From Burkholderiales bacterium (GTDB lineage Bacteria; Pseudomonadota; Gammaproteobacteria; Burkholderiales; Ga0077523): a DNA stretch of 64,000 bases. Numbering within the stretch: position 1 is the first letter of the stretch; the number at the start of each line of letters is the position of its first letter. The position numbers and the translations under genes are program-made. Positions 49,414 to 57,641 of the stretch are shown piece by piece. Below the pieces are notes generated by a model that saw only the letters and a program-made list of their open reading frames with translations, made no database searches and was not told where the DNA came from. The stretch spans positions 71,905 through 135,904 of the forward strand of contig JAIEQG010000087.1 in the NCBI GenBank assembly GCA_019747905.1, given 5' to 3'.

Positions 49414-49492
49414 TGGGGTTCAGCGTCGAGCAATTTGACAAATGGGGGCAACGCGGGACAATCAATCTTTAATAATCAGTGCATTATGGTCT

Positions 49493-49508
49493 TGGCCCGT
49501 CGATTGCT
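49493..49508 (+). promoter_or_regulatory. Putative sigma54 (RpoN) -24/-12 promoter of PEP-CTERM gene 2
   Basis: TGGCccgtcgaTTGCT compared with TGGCACG-N4-TTGCW, with correct GG/GC spacing. It ends 48 nt upstream of ATG 49556. An AT-rich tract (aatcaatctttaataatc) lies just upstream. It mirrors 6897-6912. Confidence 0.7.
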
Positions 49509-49555
49509 GCTAGAATAAACCTATCGAAATGTGAGAATCACAAGGTCAGATTAAA

Positions 49556-50212
49556 ATGCGGCTCTTCAAGTGGATTTCGGCTGTTCTCGGAACGTTTCTG
49601 CTGGCCCCGGCAAACGCGTTCGCCTTCCCTGTCGACGTCTCGTTCACCAGATGCATCTACGACGCGGCGCCGACGCCGCAGTGCATCGATGTCGTCCCGA
49701 CGCTTCCGTATGTGAACGAGGTACTCAACATCACATTCTCGGTCACCGGTGGCGCCAGCGGCATCAGCGGACTGTACGTTGACCTCATCCCTGACACGCT
49801 CTTCCCTTCCTTCGACGAAAGCAACCTCGCTTACATGAAGAAAGCGAACGACTCCGGTGCAGCGACTGACACGGGGTACGATTACCTACCAGGCGTTTCC
49901 GTCCAGTGGCGTCTGTATCCTAAAGCGGTCGGCGCGATCTTCAACGTCGCCGACGGTGGGATCGTCGATATCGTCTTCACAGAAATCCTGGCCAAGGCGG
50001 ATCCCGCGAGGCCCTTCACGTCGGTGATGGGCTTCCAAATCTGTACCGTTAATCCTAACGGGGACTCGACGTGTGAGCCGGGTTCGGTTCCTGTCAGCTT
50101 CGTGGTTCCGAACGGCGCCAACAGGGTTCCCGAACCCACCTCTCTGTGGCTGGTGTTGGCTGCGCTCGTGGCGGGCGCCGCGGTATTCCGCAAGGGTTCG
50201 AACCGCTCCTGA
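49556..50212 (+). CDS. PEP-CTERM sorting-domain protein (exosortase substrate) 2
   Basis: Signal peptide MRLFKWISAVLGTFLLAPANAFA. The C-terminus ...ANRVPEPTSLWLVLAALVAGAAVFRKGSNRS has VPEP, a TM helix and a basic tail. Its codon usage is visibly less GC-rich than that of the neighbouring genes. Confidence 0.85.
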   Translation: MRLFKWISAVLGTFLLAPANAFAFPVDVSFTRCIYDAAPTPQCIDVVPTLPYVNEVLNITFSVTGGASGISGLYVDLIPDTLFPSFDESNLAYMKKANDSGAATDTGYDYLPGVSVQWRLYPKAVGAIFNVADGGIVDIVFTEILAKADPARPFTSVMGFQICTVNPNGDSTCEPGSVPVSFVVPNGANRVPEPTSLWLVLAALVAGAAVFRKGSNRS

Positions 50213-50241
50213 CGAACAAGAAGCGAGCGATGTGCACACTG

Positions 50242-50268
50242 TCGGCGCCGTAAGGCGCCGATTTTTTT
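50242..50268 (+). terminator. Rho-independent terminator after PEP-CTERM gene 2
   Basis: TCGGCGCC-gtaa-GGCGCCGA is a perfect 8-bp GC stem followed by TTTTTTT, 30 nt after the stop codon. Confidence 0.85.
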
Positions 50269-50475
50269 GCTCACGAAAGCCATGCTTCCGTCGTTCGAGA
50301 TCAATGCCCTCAGGGGCATTGCCGCGCCAGGGCGGCTGTCGATGCTGGGCCGTTCCAGTGGTTCCCGAGACACGGCTTTCGCGCCATGGTCCCAGAGGCC
50401 CGGCGCCACGAGGTGCGCTGCCGGCATGCCCTATAATTCAGATCGTTATCCCTGTCGATCGCCGTCGGACAGCCC

Positions 50476-51729
50476 ATGCAGCTCATCGCCTTCGGAGTCA
50501 ACCACCAGACCGCACCGCTCGCCATCCGCGAGCAGGTGGCGTTTCCGGCCGAGCATCTGCGGCCGGCGCTGCGCAATCTGGTCGAACACACTCCGGTGCG
50601 GGAAGCGGCAATCATCTCCACCTGCAACCGCACCGAGGTTTACTGTTCGACTGCGGAGCCGTTGCAGGTCAAGCGCTGGCTCGCGCAGTACCACAGTCTC
50701 TCGACCGATCGGCTCGATCCGTTTCTCTACGAGTTTCCGAGCGAGCAAGCGGTGAGCCACGCGTTCCGGGTCGCGAGCGGCCTCGATTCGATGGTCATCG
50801 GCGAGGCCCAGATCCTCGGCCAGATGAAGCAGGCGGTGCGGGAAGCGGAAGAGGCGGGCACGCTCGGCACCGTGCTGCACAAGCTGTTCCAGCACACGTT
50901 CTCGGTGGCCAAGGAAGTGCGCACGCGCACGGACATCGGCGCGAGTTCCGTTTCCCTCGCGGCGGCTGCGGTGCGAGTGGCCGAGCGGATCTACCCGGAT
51001 CTCGCCGAGCAGTCGATGCTGTTCATCGGCGCCGGCGAGATGATCGAGCTCTGTGCGACGCATTTCTGCGCCCGAAAACCGCGGGCGGTGACGTTCGCGA
51101 ATCGCACCACGGAGCGCGCGGCCGAGCTCGCCCAGCGCTTCTCGGCGCGTGCGGTGGCTTTGCCCGACTTGCCGGAGCACGTCGCGCAGCACGACATCAT
51201 CGTCACCTGTACGGCAAGCCCCTTGCCGATCCTCGGCAAGGGGCTCATCGAACGCGCGTTGCGGGCGCGGCGGCACCGCCCGATCCTGATCGTCGATCTC
51301 GCGGTGCCGCGTGACGTCGAGCCGGAGGTGGGCAATCTCGGCGACGTGTTCCTCTACACCGTCGACGATCTCGGCCGCATCGTGCAGGAAGGTGTCGACA
51401 ATCGCCTGTCGGCCGTGACCCAGGCCGAGGCCATCATCACCGAGGGCGTGAACGATTTCATGCAGTGGCTGCAGACCCGCAAGAGCGTGCCGACCATTCG
51501 CGCGTTGCGCGACCACGCCGAACGCCTGCGGCGGCACGAGATGGAGCGGGCAGCGAAGGCGCTCGCCCGAGGCGACGATCCGGCCGCCGTCCTCGAAGCG
51601 CTCTCGCACGGCATCACCAACAAGTTCCTGCACGCGCCGACTGCCGCCCTGCACGAGGCCGACGCCGAAGAGCGCGACCGCCTCGTGGTGCTGCTGTCGC
51701 GGCTGTACTCCTTCCCCCGCGAGGAATGA
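50476..51729 (+). CDS. hemA: Glutamyl-tRNA reductase
   Basis: 417 aa. [23 protein letters not shown]..., the catalytic-Cys motif [14 protein letters not shown]-binding FIGAGEM, and a conserved dimerisation tail. It is followed by prfA as in the classical hemA-prfA-prmC arrangement. Confidence 0.95.
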   Translation: MQLIAFGVNHQTAPLAIREQVAFPAEHLRPALRNLVEHTPVREAAIISTCNRTEVYCSTAEPLQVKRWLAQYHSLSTDRLDPFLYEFPSEQAVSHAFRVASGLDSMVIGEAQILGQMKQAVREAEEAGTLGTVLHKLFQHTFSVAKEVRTRTDIGASSVSLAAAAVRVAERIYPDLAEQSMLFIGAGEMIELCATHFCARKPRAVTFANRTTERAAELAQRFSARAVALPDLPEHVAQHDIIVTCTASPLPILGKGLIERALRARRHRPILIVDLAVPRDVEPEVGNLGDVFLYTVDDLGRIVQEGVDNRLSAVTQAEAIITEGVNDFMQWLQTRKSVPTIRALRDHAERLRRHEMERAAKALARGDDPAAVLEALSHGITNKFLHAPTAALHEADAEERDRLVVLLSRLYSFPREE

Positions 51730-52808
51730 AGCCGAGCATCCGGGCGAAGCTCGCGCAGCTCTCCGCGCGGCTCGAGGAGATCAATCGCCTCCTCGCTTCC
51801 GAGGGGGCGACGGCGGACCTGGACACTTATCGGCGCCTCACGCGGGAGCACTCTGAGATCGAGCCGGTCGTGGAGCTCTATCAGGAACACGAGCAGGGCC
51901 GGCACGATCTCGACACGGCCCAGGAGATGACCCAGGACCCCGAGATGCGCGATTTCGCGGAAGGCGAGATCCGCAGCGCCCGCGAGAAACTGACTCGCCT
52001 CGAAGCCGAACTGCAGCGGCAGTTGCTGCCCAAGGATCCGAACGACGAGCGCAATCTGTTCCTGGAGATTCGCGCCGGCACGGGCGGCGACGAATCGGCG
52101 CTGTTCGCGGGGGATCTCTTCCGCATGTACTCGCGCTATGCCGAGCGCAACCGGTGGCGGGTCGAAGTGATTTCGCACAGCGCGTCCGAGATCGGCGGGT
52201 ATCGCGAAATCATCGCCAAGGTGATCGGGCAGGGCGCGTACTCGAAACTCAAGTTCGAATCGGGCGCCCACCGCGTGCAGCGCGTGCCGGTGACCGAGAC
52301 GCAGGGCCGGATCCACACGTCCGCATGCACCGTCGCCGTGCTGCCGGAAGCGGACGAGGTGAGCGAGGTCGTGATCAACCCGGCCGAGATCCGCATCGAC
52401 ACCTTCCGCGCCTCGGGTGCGGGCGGTCAGCACATCAACAAGACCGACTCCGCGGTGCGCGTGACACACCTGCCCAGCGGCATCGTGGTCGAATGCCAGG
52501 ACGACCGGTCGCAGCACAAGAACAAGGCACAGGCCCTCGCAGTGCTCGCGGCCCGCATCCGCGACACCCAAGTTCGCGAGCAGGCCGCGAAGACCGCGGC
52601 GACCCGCAAGTCCCTGGTGGGAACGGGCGATCGTTCGGAGCGCATCCGCACCTACAATTTTCCGCAGGGGCGGGTCACCGATCACCGCATCAACCTGACG
52701 CTCTACAAGATCGACGCGATCATGGACGGCGACCTGGATGAACTGACTGGCGCGCTGGTGGCGGAGCATCAGGCCGAGCAGCTCGCCGCGCTCGCCGAAG
52801 AAGTCTGA
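51726..52808 (+). CDS. prfA: Peptide chain release factor 1
   Basis: The ATG at 51726 overlaps the hemA stop (ATGA). 360 aa. [23 protein letters not shown]..., the codon-recognition region [17 protein letters not shown], and the GGQ motif [16 protein letters not shown]. Confidence 0.95.
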   Translation: MKPSIRAKLAQLSARLEEINRLLASEGATADLDTYRRLTREHSEIEPVVELYQEHEQGRHDLDTAQEMTQDPEMRDFAEGEIRSAREKLTRLEAELQRQLLPKDPNDERNLFLEIRAGTGGDESALFAGDLFRMYSRYAERNRWRVEVISHSASEIGGYREIIAKVIGQGAYSKLKFESGAHRVQRVPVTETQGRIHTSACTVAVLPEADEVSEVVINPAEIRIDTFRASGAGGQHINKTDSAVRVTHLPSGIVVECQDDRSQHKNKAQALAVLAARIRDTQVREQAAKTAATRKSLVGTGDRSERIRTYNFPQGRVTDHRINLTLYKIDAIMDGDLDELTGALVAEHQAEQLAALAEEV

Positions 52809-52809
52809 G

Positions 52810-53739
52810 TTGACGTCCCCCCCGAAGGGTCTACGGCCCTCTTGGGCCGGCCCGGCGAGGGCCGAGGCGGACTTCGTCGGCGGCGTGACGACTCTCGGGA
52901 TGCGGTTGCGTAGCGACGCACAGAGGGTGGCGGCTGCGACCGGAGTCGGATTCGACGAGGCGCTGGCGGCGATCCACCGTCTTTGCGAGGCGCGAATGCA
53001 GATGAACGCAGCGCAGCGCATCGCGCTTGAACGCGATCCGGTCGACGCCTTCGACCTTGCCGACCATGAACAGGGCGTCGCGCGGCTGGCCGCGGGCGAA
53101 CCGCTCGCGTACATCGTCGGCGAGCAACCGTTCCGCGAAGGTGTGTTCGTCGTGACCCCCGATGTGCTGATTCCACGCCCCGACACCGAGGTGCTGGTCG
53201 CCTGCGCGCTGGAGCATTTGCCGTCGCGGGATGGAATGAAGGTGCTGGATCTGGGTACCGGCAGCGGTTGCATCGCCATGTCGATCGCGCTCGAGCGGCC
53301 GAACGCCGAGGTCACCGCGGTCGATGCGAGCCCGGCAGCACTGGAGGTCGCGCGGCTCAACGCGCAGCGCCTGCGTGCAGCCAACGTGCAATTCGTGCGA
53401 TCCGACTGGTTCGAAGGCCTGGTGGACGGGCGATTCGACGTCATCGTCGCCAATCCTCCGTACATCGCTACCGCCGATCCGCATCTTGAGGATCTGACCC
53501 ACGAACCGAGGGCCGCGCTCGTGGCGGGTCCCGACGGGCTCGACGCCATCCGCCGCATCGTGGCCGGCGCCGCCGATTACCTGGAGCCGGGCGGGGTCCT
53601 GCTGGTGGAGCACGGGTACGACCAGCGCCCTGCCGTCCTGGCCCTGTTCCAGGCAGCCGGTCTGCTCGATGTCTGCGGGGTGGACGACCTCGCCGGCCGT
53701 GCCCGGGTCGTCGTGGGCCGCCGTCCGGGGCGGCCGTGA
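52810..53739 (+). CDS. prmC: Release-factor glutamine N5-methyltransferase
   Basis: SAM-binding [12 protein letters not shown] and catalytic IVANPPYI (NPPY). Its position directly after prfA is as expected. The start is uncertain: TTG 52810 (2 nt after the prfA stop) or ATG 52900, the latter giving a more typical 279 aa. Confidence 0.85.
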   Translation: MTSPPKGLRPSWAGPARAEADFVGGVTTLGMRLRSDAQRVAAATGVGFDEALAAIHRLCEARMQMNAAQRIALERDPVDAFDLADHEQGVARLAAGEPLAYIVGEQPFREGVFVVTPDVLIPRPDTEVLVACALEHLPSRDGMKVLDLGTGSGCIAMSIALERPNAEVTAVDASPAALEVARLNAQRLRAANVQFVRSDWFEGLVDGRFDVIVANPPYIATADPHLEDLTHEPRAALVAGPDGLDAIRRIVAGAADYLEPGGVLLVEHGYDQRPAVLALFQAAGLLDVCGVDDLAGRARVVVGRRPGRP

Positions 53740-53852
53740 CTGGCCCTACGACGGGTGTGGTTGTTGCCCTCCGGGCCGACCGGCTAACATTGACATCCAC
53801 CGGGCGCAACGGCCGCCGGGCCGTCCCGCCTTCCTTCCCAGGAGCCGCATTC

Positions 53853-54161
53853 ATGGATACGCAGGAACGCATACGCAAGCAGGTCACCGACAACCCGGTC
53901 GTGCTCTACATGAAGGGCACGCCCGACGCGCCGATGTGCGGGTTCTCCGCCGCGGCCGTGCAGATTCTCGAGGCGTGCGGTGTCGAGGAAGTCGCCACGG
54001 TCAACGTCCTGGAGGACGACGAGGTGCGCCAGGGCATCAAGCAGTTCTCGAGCTGGCCCACGATTCCCCAGCTCTACGTGAAGGGCGAATTCGTCGGCGG
54101 TGCCGACATCATGCGCGAGATGTACCAGAGCGGAGAGCTGCAGAAACTGTTCGCGAAGTGA
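53853..54161 (+). CDS. grxD: Monothiol glutaredoxin (Grx4 family)
   Basis: AGGAG RBS at 53840-53844 and ATG at 53853. 102 aa. [17 protein letters not shown] (CGFS active site), [19 protein letters not shown]. The listed ORF (53736) carries a spurious N-terminal extension. Confidence 0.92.
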   Translation: MDTQERIRKQVTDNPVVLYMKGTPDAPMCGFSAAAVQILEACGVEEVATVNVLEDDEVRQGIKQFSSWPTIPQLYVKGEFVGGADIMREMYQSGELQKLFAK

Positions 54162-54180
54162 GCGTGCCCGAACCTACGTC

Positions 54181-54213
54181 GCGGGCCGGCAGCATGCCGG
54201 CCCGCTCGTTTTT
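54181..54213 (+). terminator. Rho-independent terminator after grxD
   Basis: GCGGGCCGGC-agcat-GCCGGCCCGC is a perfect 10-bp stem followed by TCGTTTTT, 20 nt after the stop. Confidence 0.8.
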
Positions 54214-54372
54214 CAGGGCAGGCGGTGTGCCGCACGCGCTTCCGGAGCTATCATCCACGGAAGAACGAAGACCACTCGAGTGGCGGCCACGGGGGTTGCC
54301 ATGCCATCGAAGCGCCGACTGCACGGCGCGCAGACGGCCCGCTCGGGCTGTAAGGGTTAGGGGACTCCAGCA

Positions 54373-57300
54373 ATGATGGAATTGGTACGGCTGGCCTTGC
54401 GCCGGCCGTATACCGTGGCCGTGCTGTCGCTGCTCGTGCTGCTGCTGGGCGTGCTCGCCACCACGCGGATGATCGTCGACTTCTTCCCGAAGATCGACAT
54501 TCCGGTCGTGTTCGTAGGATGGCAGTACTCCGGCCTGTCGGCGGAGGAGATGGAGCGGCGCGTCGTCATCATTTCCGAGCGCGCGTACTCGACCACGGTC
54601 GCGGGCATCGAGCGCATCGAGTCGAACTGCATTCCCGGCATCGGACTGGTGAAGGTCTTCTTCCACCCGGGCATGGACATCGGCGCGGCCATCGCGCAGA
54701 TCAACGCCATCAACGGCACGGTGCTGCGCATCCTGCCGCCGGGCATCTCGCCGCCGGTGATCATCACCTACAACCCGGCGACGGTCCCGATCGTCAACAT
54801 GACCTTCTCCAGCAAGACGCTGCCGGAAGGTCGCATGTTCGACCACGCGTTCAACTTCGTACGCGTGAAGCTGTTCACCATTCCCGGCCTGCAGGTGCCG
54901 GCGCCGTTCGGGGGGCGTCTGCGCCAGATCTCGGTGGATCTCAATCCGACCTTGATGACCGCGAAGGGCATCTCGCCCAATGACGTGGTGAACGCGATCC
55001 AGACGTCCAACCTGCTCATTCCGTCCGGCACCGCCCGCATCGGCACGTTCGACTACAACGTGATGATGAACTCGAGCCCGGCGACCGTGGACGATTTCAA
55101 CCGGATGCCGCTCCGGGTGCAGGGCGGAGTGCCGGTAACGATCGGCGACGTGGCGAAGGTGGAGGACGGCTTCACGGTCCAGAGCAACATCGTGCACGTG
55201 GACGGCCGTCGCGCCACCTACCTCACGATCCTCAAGCATGCCGATGCTTCGAGCCTCGACGTGGTGGCCGGCGTCTACAAGCTGCTCGACGAGATCCGCG
55301 CCGGTGCACCCGAGGGCATGGACATCACGCTCGATTTCGACCAGTCGAAGTTCGTGCGGGCCGCGATCCTCAACGTCGCGAGCGAGGCCGTTCTCGCTTC
55401 GGCCCTGGTGTCGCTGATGATCCTGCTGTTCCTCGGGAGCTGGCGCAATACCATCGTCGTGATCACGTCCATACCGTGCGCCATGTTCGCGGGCGTGATC
55501 TGCCTGTACCTGACCGGCAACACCATCAACCTGATGACGCTGGGCGGCCTGGCGCTCGCAACCGGGATCCTGGTGGACGATGCCACGGTGGCGGTGGAGA
55601 ACATTCACCGTCATCGCGCGCTCGGGCAACCGCTCACCGTGGCGATCATCGAGGGCTCGCGCGAAGTTGCCCTGCCGCGCACCATGGCCACGCTGGCCAT
55701 CTGCATCGTGTTCTTCCCGGTCTCGTTCCTGTACGGGGCGTCCAAGTTCCTGTTCACGCCGCTGGCGCTCGCCGTGGTGTTCGCGCTGCTTGCTTCCTAC
55801 GTGCTGTCGTTCACCCTCGTGCCGATGCTCTCCCGCTTTCTGCTCGAGGGCGAACACCATGGCGAACCGCCGCCAGGTGCCCGGCGATCGTTCGGGGCGC
55901 GCTTCAACGACGGTCGCGAATGGCTGCTGGAACGTCTCACGAACTTCTACGGCGGCATACTCACGATGGTCATGCACCATCGATTCTTCATGATCGTCGT
56001 GGTGCTGGTCTTCGGTGGCGTCAGCGCGGCACTGGTGAAGGTGGTGGGGACCGATTTCTTCCCGACCCCCGACGTCGGGATCATGAAGCTGCACTTCCGG
56101 GCACCGATCGGCACGCGCATCGAGGAAACCGAGAAATACGTGCTCGCCATCAACGACGATCTGCGCCGGATCATTCCCGAGGCCGAGATCGACCGGATCA
56201 ACGACATGGTCGGCGTGCCGCTGTTCTTCAACCTGGCGCTGGTGCCCACCGACAACATCAGCGGCATGGACGCCGAGATCCTCATCCTGCTCAAGAAGCC
56301 GCACAAGCCGGTCGAGCACTACATGCGCGAGATCCGCAAGGTGCTTCCGCCGAAGTATCCGGGCTCGGAGTTCTACTTCCAGAACGCCGACATCGTCACC
56401 CAGGTGCTCAACTTCGGCCTCCCCGCCCCGATCGACATCCAGGTGCAGGACTCGAACTTCGAGCGTGCCCAGGTCTACGCAGCGCGCGTGAAACGCGCGA
56501 TCGAAGAGACGGCCGGCACCGCCGACGTGCGGCAGATGCAGGTGCTCAACTACCCCGCGCTAAAGGTCGACGTGGACCGCATGCGGGCCGCGCGTCTCGG
56601 GCTCACGCAGCGCGATGTCGCGACCAGCGCCCTGGTGTCGCTCGCGTCGAGCGCGATCATCAGCCCGTCGTACTTCCTGAACCCGAACGGCGTGAACTAC
56701 ACGGTGTCGGTGCAGACGCCACCGGAGCGCCTCGCGAGCGTGGACCAGTTGATGGCCATTCCGGTGTCGCCGGTCGTGAGCCCGGTGCTCCAGCCGACCG
56801 GGCCGCGCGTGCTGAGGGCCGAACGCGGGGCCCCGGTGATCTCGCTCGGTAACGTGGCGACGGTCAAGCAGGAGTCGAGCTACCAGTCGGTGTCGCACTA
56901 CACGGTGCAGCGCGTGATCGACATCGCGGCCAACCTGGACGACCGCGACCTCGGCAGTACCGTGCGCGACATCGAGAAGCGCATCGCCGAAATCACCTCG
57001 GAGAAGGATTTTCCGAAGACGACCAAGATCGTGACGCGCGGCCAGTACGAGGTCATGCAGTCCTCGTTCAAGAGCCTGCTGCTCGGCCTGGTGCTCGCCG
57101 TGGTTCTCGTCTACGCGCTGCTCGTGGTGCTGTTCCAGTCCTGGACCGACCCGTTCATCATCATGATGGCGGTGCCTGGTGCGCTGATCGGGATCCTCTG
57201 GACGCTCACGCTCACCGGCACTTCGGTCAACGTCATGTCCCTGATGGGGGCGATCATGGCGGTGGGCATCGGCGTGTCGAACTCGATCCTGATCGTGAGC

Positions 57301-57624
57301 TTCGCCAACGACTATCGTGTGGCGAATCCCGACGTGCACGTGATCGACGCCGCCATCGAGGCAGGTCGCACCCGGCTGCGTCCGGTGCTGATGACGGCAT
57401 TGGCCATGATCATCGGCATGATCCCCATGGCGCTCGGCCTGGGCGAGGCCGGAGAGCAGAATGCCCCGCTCGGCATCGCCGTGATCGGGGGTCTCATCCT
57501 TGCGACGGTCTCCACGCTGTTCGTGGTGCCCGTCGTCTACACCTTGTTGCGCAGGAAGATGCCGACCCTGCACGAACTCGATGCCCGCTTCGAGCGCGAG
57601 TCGCAGGGCGTCGGCGCGGTCTAG
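54373..57624 (+). CDS. RND efflux transporter permease (AcrB/AcrD/AcrF family)
   Basis: 1083 aa with the 12-TM/2-large-loop layout. The N-terminus ...RRPYTVAVLSLLVLLLGVLATTRMIVDFFPKIDIPVV.V...Y.G.SAEEME..V... is typical of ACR_tran proteins. The internal duplication is visible (...SLLLGLVLAVVLVYALLVVLFQSW..P). Confidence 0.9.
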   Translation: MMELVRLALRRPYTVAVLSLLVLLLGVLATTRMIVDFFPKIDIPVVFVGWQYSGLSAEEMERRVVIISERAYSTTVAGIERIESNCIPGIGLVKVFFHPGMDIGAAIAQINAINGTVLRILPPGISPPVIITYNPATVPIVNMTFSSKTLPEGRMFDHAFNFVRVKLFTIPGLQVPAPFGGRLRQISVDLNPTLMTAKGISPNDVVNAIQTSNLLIPSGTARIGTFDYNVMMNSSPATVDDFNRMPLRVQGGVPVTIGDVAKVEDGFTVQSNIVHVDGRRATYLTILKHADASSLDVVAGVYKLLDEIRAGAPEGMDITLDFDQSKFVRAAILNVASEAVLASALVSLMILLFLGSWRNTIVVITSIPCAMFAGVICLYLTGNTINLMTLGGLALATGILVDDATVAVENIHRHRALGQPLTVAIIEGSREVALPRTMATLAICIVFFPVSFLYGASKFLFTPLALAVVFALLASYVLSFTLVPMLSRFLLEGEHHGEPPPGARRSFGARFNDGREWLLERLTNFYGGILTMVMHHRFFMIVVVLVFGGVSAALVKVVGTDFFPTPDVGIMKLHFRAPIGTRIEETEKYVLAINDDLRRIIPEAEIDRINDMVGVPLFFNLALVPTDNISGMDAEILILLKKPHKPVEHYMREIRKVLPPKYPGSEFYFQNADIVTQVLNFGLPAPIDIQVQDSNFERAQVYAARVKRAIEETAGTADVRQMQVLNYPALKVDVDRMRAARLGLTQRDVATSALVSLASSAIISPSYFLNPNGVNYTVSVQTPPERLASVDQLMAIPVSPVVSPVLQPTGPRVLRAERGAPVISLGNVATVKQESSYQSVSHYTVQRVIDIAANLDDRDLGSTVRDIEKRIAEITSEKDFPKTTKIVTRGQYEVMQSSFKSLLLGLVLAVVLVYALLVVLFQSWTDPFIIMMAVPGALIGILWTLTLTGTSVNVMSLMGAIMAVGIGVSNSILIVSFANDYRVANPDVHVIDAAIEAGRTRLRPVLMTALAMIIGMIPMALGLGEAGEQNAPLGIAVIGGLILATVSTLFVVPVVYTLLRRKMPTLHELDARFERESQGVGAV

Positions 57625-57641
57625 GACCCTAGGAGATCAAG

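Noticed and set aside
13426-48525. Very long antisense ORFs inside the giant gene (e.g. 32977..42270 - 3097 aa, 22153..27885 - 1910 aa, 45973..48525 - 850 aa, 13426..15732 - 768 aa, 16183..18435 -, 18589..20322 -, 30694..32835 -).
   Set aside because: Their translations are monotonous Arg/Gly/Asp/His/Val/Ala-rich strings with no motifs. Such stop-free antisense frames are the expected by-product of GC3-rich coding sequence on the other strand. The + strand frame carries recognisable domains throughout.
13906-49413. Giant protein as a classical RTX/T1SS adhesin (LapA/SiiE/BapA-like).
   Set aside because: I saw no tandem GGxGxD nonapeptide repeats near the C-terminus, no LapG-type N-terminal retention or cleavage motif, and no adjacent T1SS ABC, MFP or TolC genes. 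The upstream ABC system has a periplasmic binding protein and so is an importer. A cryptic T1SS signal cannot be excluded by eye.
49435-49463. Sigma70-type promoter for PEP-CTERM gene 2 (perfect TTGACA at 49435-49440, GACAAT 16 nt downstream).
   Set aside because: The -35 box is perfect but the -10 is weak. The sigma54 element at 49493-49508 is a better and duplicated signal, since the same element precedes the other PEP-CTERM gene. A secondary promoter is possible, but I do not annotate it.
50432-50437. Perfect TATAAT hexamer 38 nt upstream of the hemA start.
   Set aside because: No acceptable -35 hexamer lies at 16-18 nt spacing (the region reads GCCACGAGGTGCGCTG). A lone hexamer in 200 bp is weak evidence. 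It could be an extended or activator-dependent promoter, but this is not supportable from sequence alone.
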